NCBI GenBank assembly: GCA_963735175.1
Contig: CAVTJX010000017.1
Location: forward strand, 1,793 to 65,792
Reading direction: 5' to 3'
Source: an uncultured bacterium
GTDB lineage: Bacteria; Electryoneota; RPQS01
DNA: 64,000 nucleotides
A program made the translations under genes and the position numbers. The stretch's first letter is position 1; each line of letters starts with the position of its first letter. The notes beneath the pieces were generated by a model. That model saw only the letters and a program-made list of their open reading frames with translations. It ran no database searches and was not told where the DNA came from. Of the stretch, positions 62,429 to 64,000 are shown piece after piece.

Positions 62429-62687
62429 AAAAATCACTGGTATTCCAGCATCCGCAGATGACAGCGCCGTGCGATATGCTTCCACAAGAAGCGCGCGGGG
62501 TAAGGAATTCCCGCGCGGCGATTGTGTGGCAATCGCAGATGATCAACGTCGCGGACTTCAAGCTCGCGATGATCCTGCGATACATAGCGGCCTTAAAGGC
62601 CGCCACGGCGTGCTCCGAGATTAGCTTGCGCGTCTTCGCGCGCGGCCATCAACGGCGCCAGCGCAACGGTCTGCGGCGACCACGCCG

Positions 62688-63569
62688 CTACTTCAGCTTC
62701 ACCATCCGCACCGGCACGGCGGCGGGGCGATAGCGCAGTGCGTCCATCAGGCGGCGCTGGCCAAGATTGCCCACGGCAAAAGTCAGATAGCCTGCGGCCA
62801 CGTCGGCCTTGTTGTGCGTCGTCACGTAAGTTATATCGAGGCGGAAGGGATAGCCCGGTGTGTCGAGAATCGTCTTCACGTTAGGACTGATCGTTAAACC
62901 ACCGCCCCAGTCGAAACGCAGCGCTTTATACAGTGACAGATCGTCCAGCGGTTTCGCATACACCAGCAGCGCTCCCGCATCCTTCCGCGCCGAATCCAGC
63001 ATCGCTTTGGATGTCGCACAGACCGCCGCCTGCACTGAGTCCAGCCTTCCAAAATAACTGAAGAGACTCACCCACGGTCCGTCTCCCGGTGAAGAGAGAT
63101 AGACATTCACCGCTTCGTCCGGCCCGCCGAGTTGCCGCCAGTTGTCGATCGTGCCCGTCAGCACTCCGCGCAGCGCGGCGCTGTCGATCGCCACCACCGG
63201 GTTGTCCTTCGCCACCAGGAGGTAGATCGGGTAGTAGGCGACAGCATACGTCCAGAGCTTTTGCTTCGAATTATGAAAGGCCAGTGTCTCGGCGGGCGTC
63301 AACGTGCGGTCGAGAAAGATCTCTTCGGCGCGCTTATTCACCAGCGAATCGATCAGCGCCTGATCACTGTCGACAAAGATGTCGATCCAGGCGTTGGCAT
63401 TAGCGCCGCGAAACTCCTGCGCGAGAAATGTCGCCACGTCGCGAATCGCCTCCGACGCGCCGATCGTGGCGTGGCCCGCGCTCATACTTTCCTGCGGGCG
63501 GCGTGGCCCACAGCCAACGATTACTACCAGAACAAGCGCGGTCAGCCCGCACCAGCGAAAGACATTCAT
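62688..63569 (-). CDS. PstS-like (PBP-fold) substrate-binding lipoprotein
   Basis: MNVFRWCGLTALVLVVIVGC lipobox-like signal. A type-2 periplasmic-binding-fold family commonly found downstream of exbBD-tonB in the FCB group (recalled). Confidence 0.5.
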   Translation of the reverse strand: MNVFRWCGLTALVLVVIVGCGPRRPQESMSAGHATIGASEAIRDVATFLAQEFRGANANAWIDIFVDSDQALIDSLVNKRAEEIFLDRTLTPAETLAFHNSKQKLWTYAVAYYPIYLLVAKDNPVVAIDSAALRGVLTGTIDNWRQLGGPDEAVNVYLSSPGDGPWVSLFSYFGRLDSVQAAVCATSKAMLDSARKDAGALLVYAKPLDDLSLYKALRFDWGGGLTISPNVKTILDTPGYPFRLDITYVTTHNKADVAAGYLTFAVGNLGQRRLMDALRYRPAAVPVRMVKLK

Positions 63570-63571
63570 GA

Positions 63572-63793
63572 CTACTGCTCCCAGGGTCGTCTGCGACCGC
63601 CGCCGAAGCGCCGCCGGTCGTCGGGCGTCATCATGCGCGACGCCACGAAACGATGCACGCCCAGCAGAATCACCACCACGCCGATGATCGGCCGCAACCA
63701 TGTCTGCGGCGGAATGTTCGTCAGAATGAGGTCAGATAAAATGGCAATGCCGACCGCCACCATTGCGATCGGCAAAATCCAGTGAGTTATCAT
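63572..63793 (-). CDS. Small two-TM membrane protein (73 aa)
   Basis: MITHWILPIAMVAVGIAILSDLIL...IIGVVVILLGVHRF followed by an Arg-rich tail. Tightly packed between the tonB and PstS-like genes. Confidence 0.4.
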   Translation of the reverse strand: MITHWILPIAMVAVGIAILSDLILTNIPPQTWLRPIIGVVVILLGVHRFVASRMMTPDDRRRFGGGRRRPWEQ

Positions 63794-63797
63794 CGGA

Positions 63798-64000
63798 TTA
63801 CTTTTGAAGTTTAAAGCGGAACGGCACGGCCACCCAGACGCCAATCGGCTTGCCGGATTGAATAGCCGGAGTGAATTTCCACTTGGGTACAATTTTGAGG
63901 ACTTCCTCCTCAAAGCCGAGCCCCTTCGGATCGGTCTTCATTACCCGCCACTGCTTCACATCGCCGCGCTTGTCCACCCAGATGTTGACGATGACGGTCC
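63798..64000 (-). CDS. tonB: Energy transducer TonB, C-terminal domain (N-terminus beyond the window end)
   Basis: Hand translation: TVIVNIWVDKRGDVKQWRVMKTDPKGLGFEEEVLKIVPKWKFTPAIQSGKPIGVWVAVPFRFKLQK*. Confidence 0.75.
   Translation of the reverse strand, partial: TVIVNIWVDKRGDVKQWRVMKTDPKGLGFEEEVLKIVPKWKFTPAIQSGKPIGVWVAVPFRFKLQK

Overview
High-GC (~63-65%) bacterial chromosomal segment. T9SS-type C-terminal sorting domains, a PorV/PorQ-like barrel and SD-poor leaders suggest the FCB group. All calls come from hand translation and motif recognition; no searches were run.

Gene content:
- pepA-panD and an NMO/FabK-like gene.
- A minus-strand nuoA-I operon (13540 down to 2453). Three foreign genes interrupt it: an IS200/RAYT-like Y1 transposase bracketed by nested inverted repeats, a GT-C membrane glycosyltransferase-like gene, and a ~47% GC secreted ORF.
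- tRNA-Ala, SRP RNA, dnaX-recR, pgsA-pgpA-cinA-thpR, recA-(small OMP)-recX, alaS, gmhA and a BatA-domain protein.
- A BNR/T9SS protein, asd, a selenocysteine (UGA)-containing selD and an Slt70-like transglycosylase.
- A three-gene surface operon: a 3x YhcR-like OB-fold T9SS cargo, a PorV-like barrel, and a 2x ComEA-like HhH outer-membrane barrel.
- sucD, rsmA, recO, glyQS, rpsF-ssb-rplI, pth-ctc-prs-tRNA-Gln-spoVG-ispE, a Wzc-type BY-kinase, lolA-like, ftsK, comB, gcvT, and a tonB / small-TM / PstS-like cluster.

Most striking signal: about 40 reading-frame breaks hit otherwise well-conserved and often essential genes. They are clustered, and they are overwhelmingly +1 (one extra base). At least 11-12 sit immediately after an in-frame CTT codon followed by C, frequently as WTT-CTT-C-G/T. 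This is either a systematic sequencing/assembly insertion artefact or a recoding phenomenon. The sequence alone cannot decide between them.
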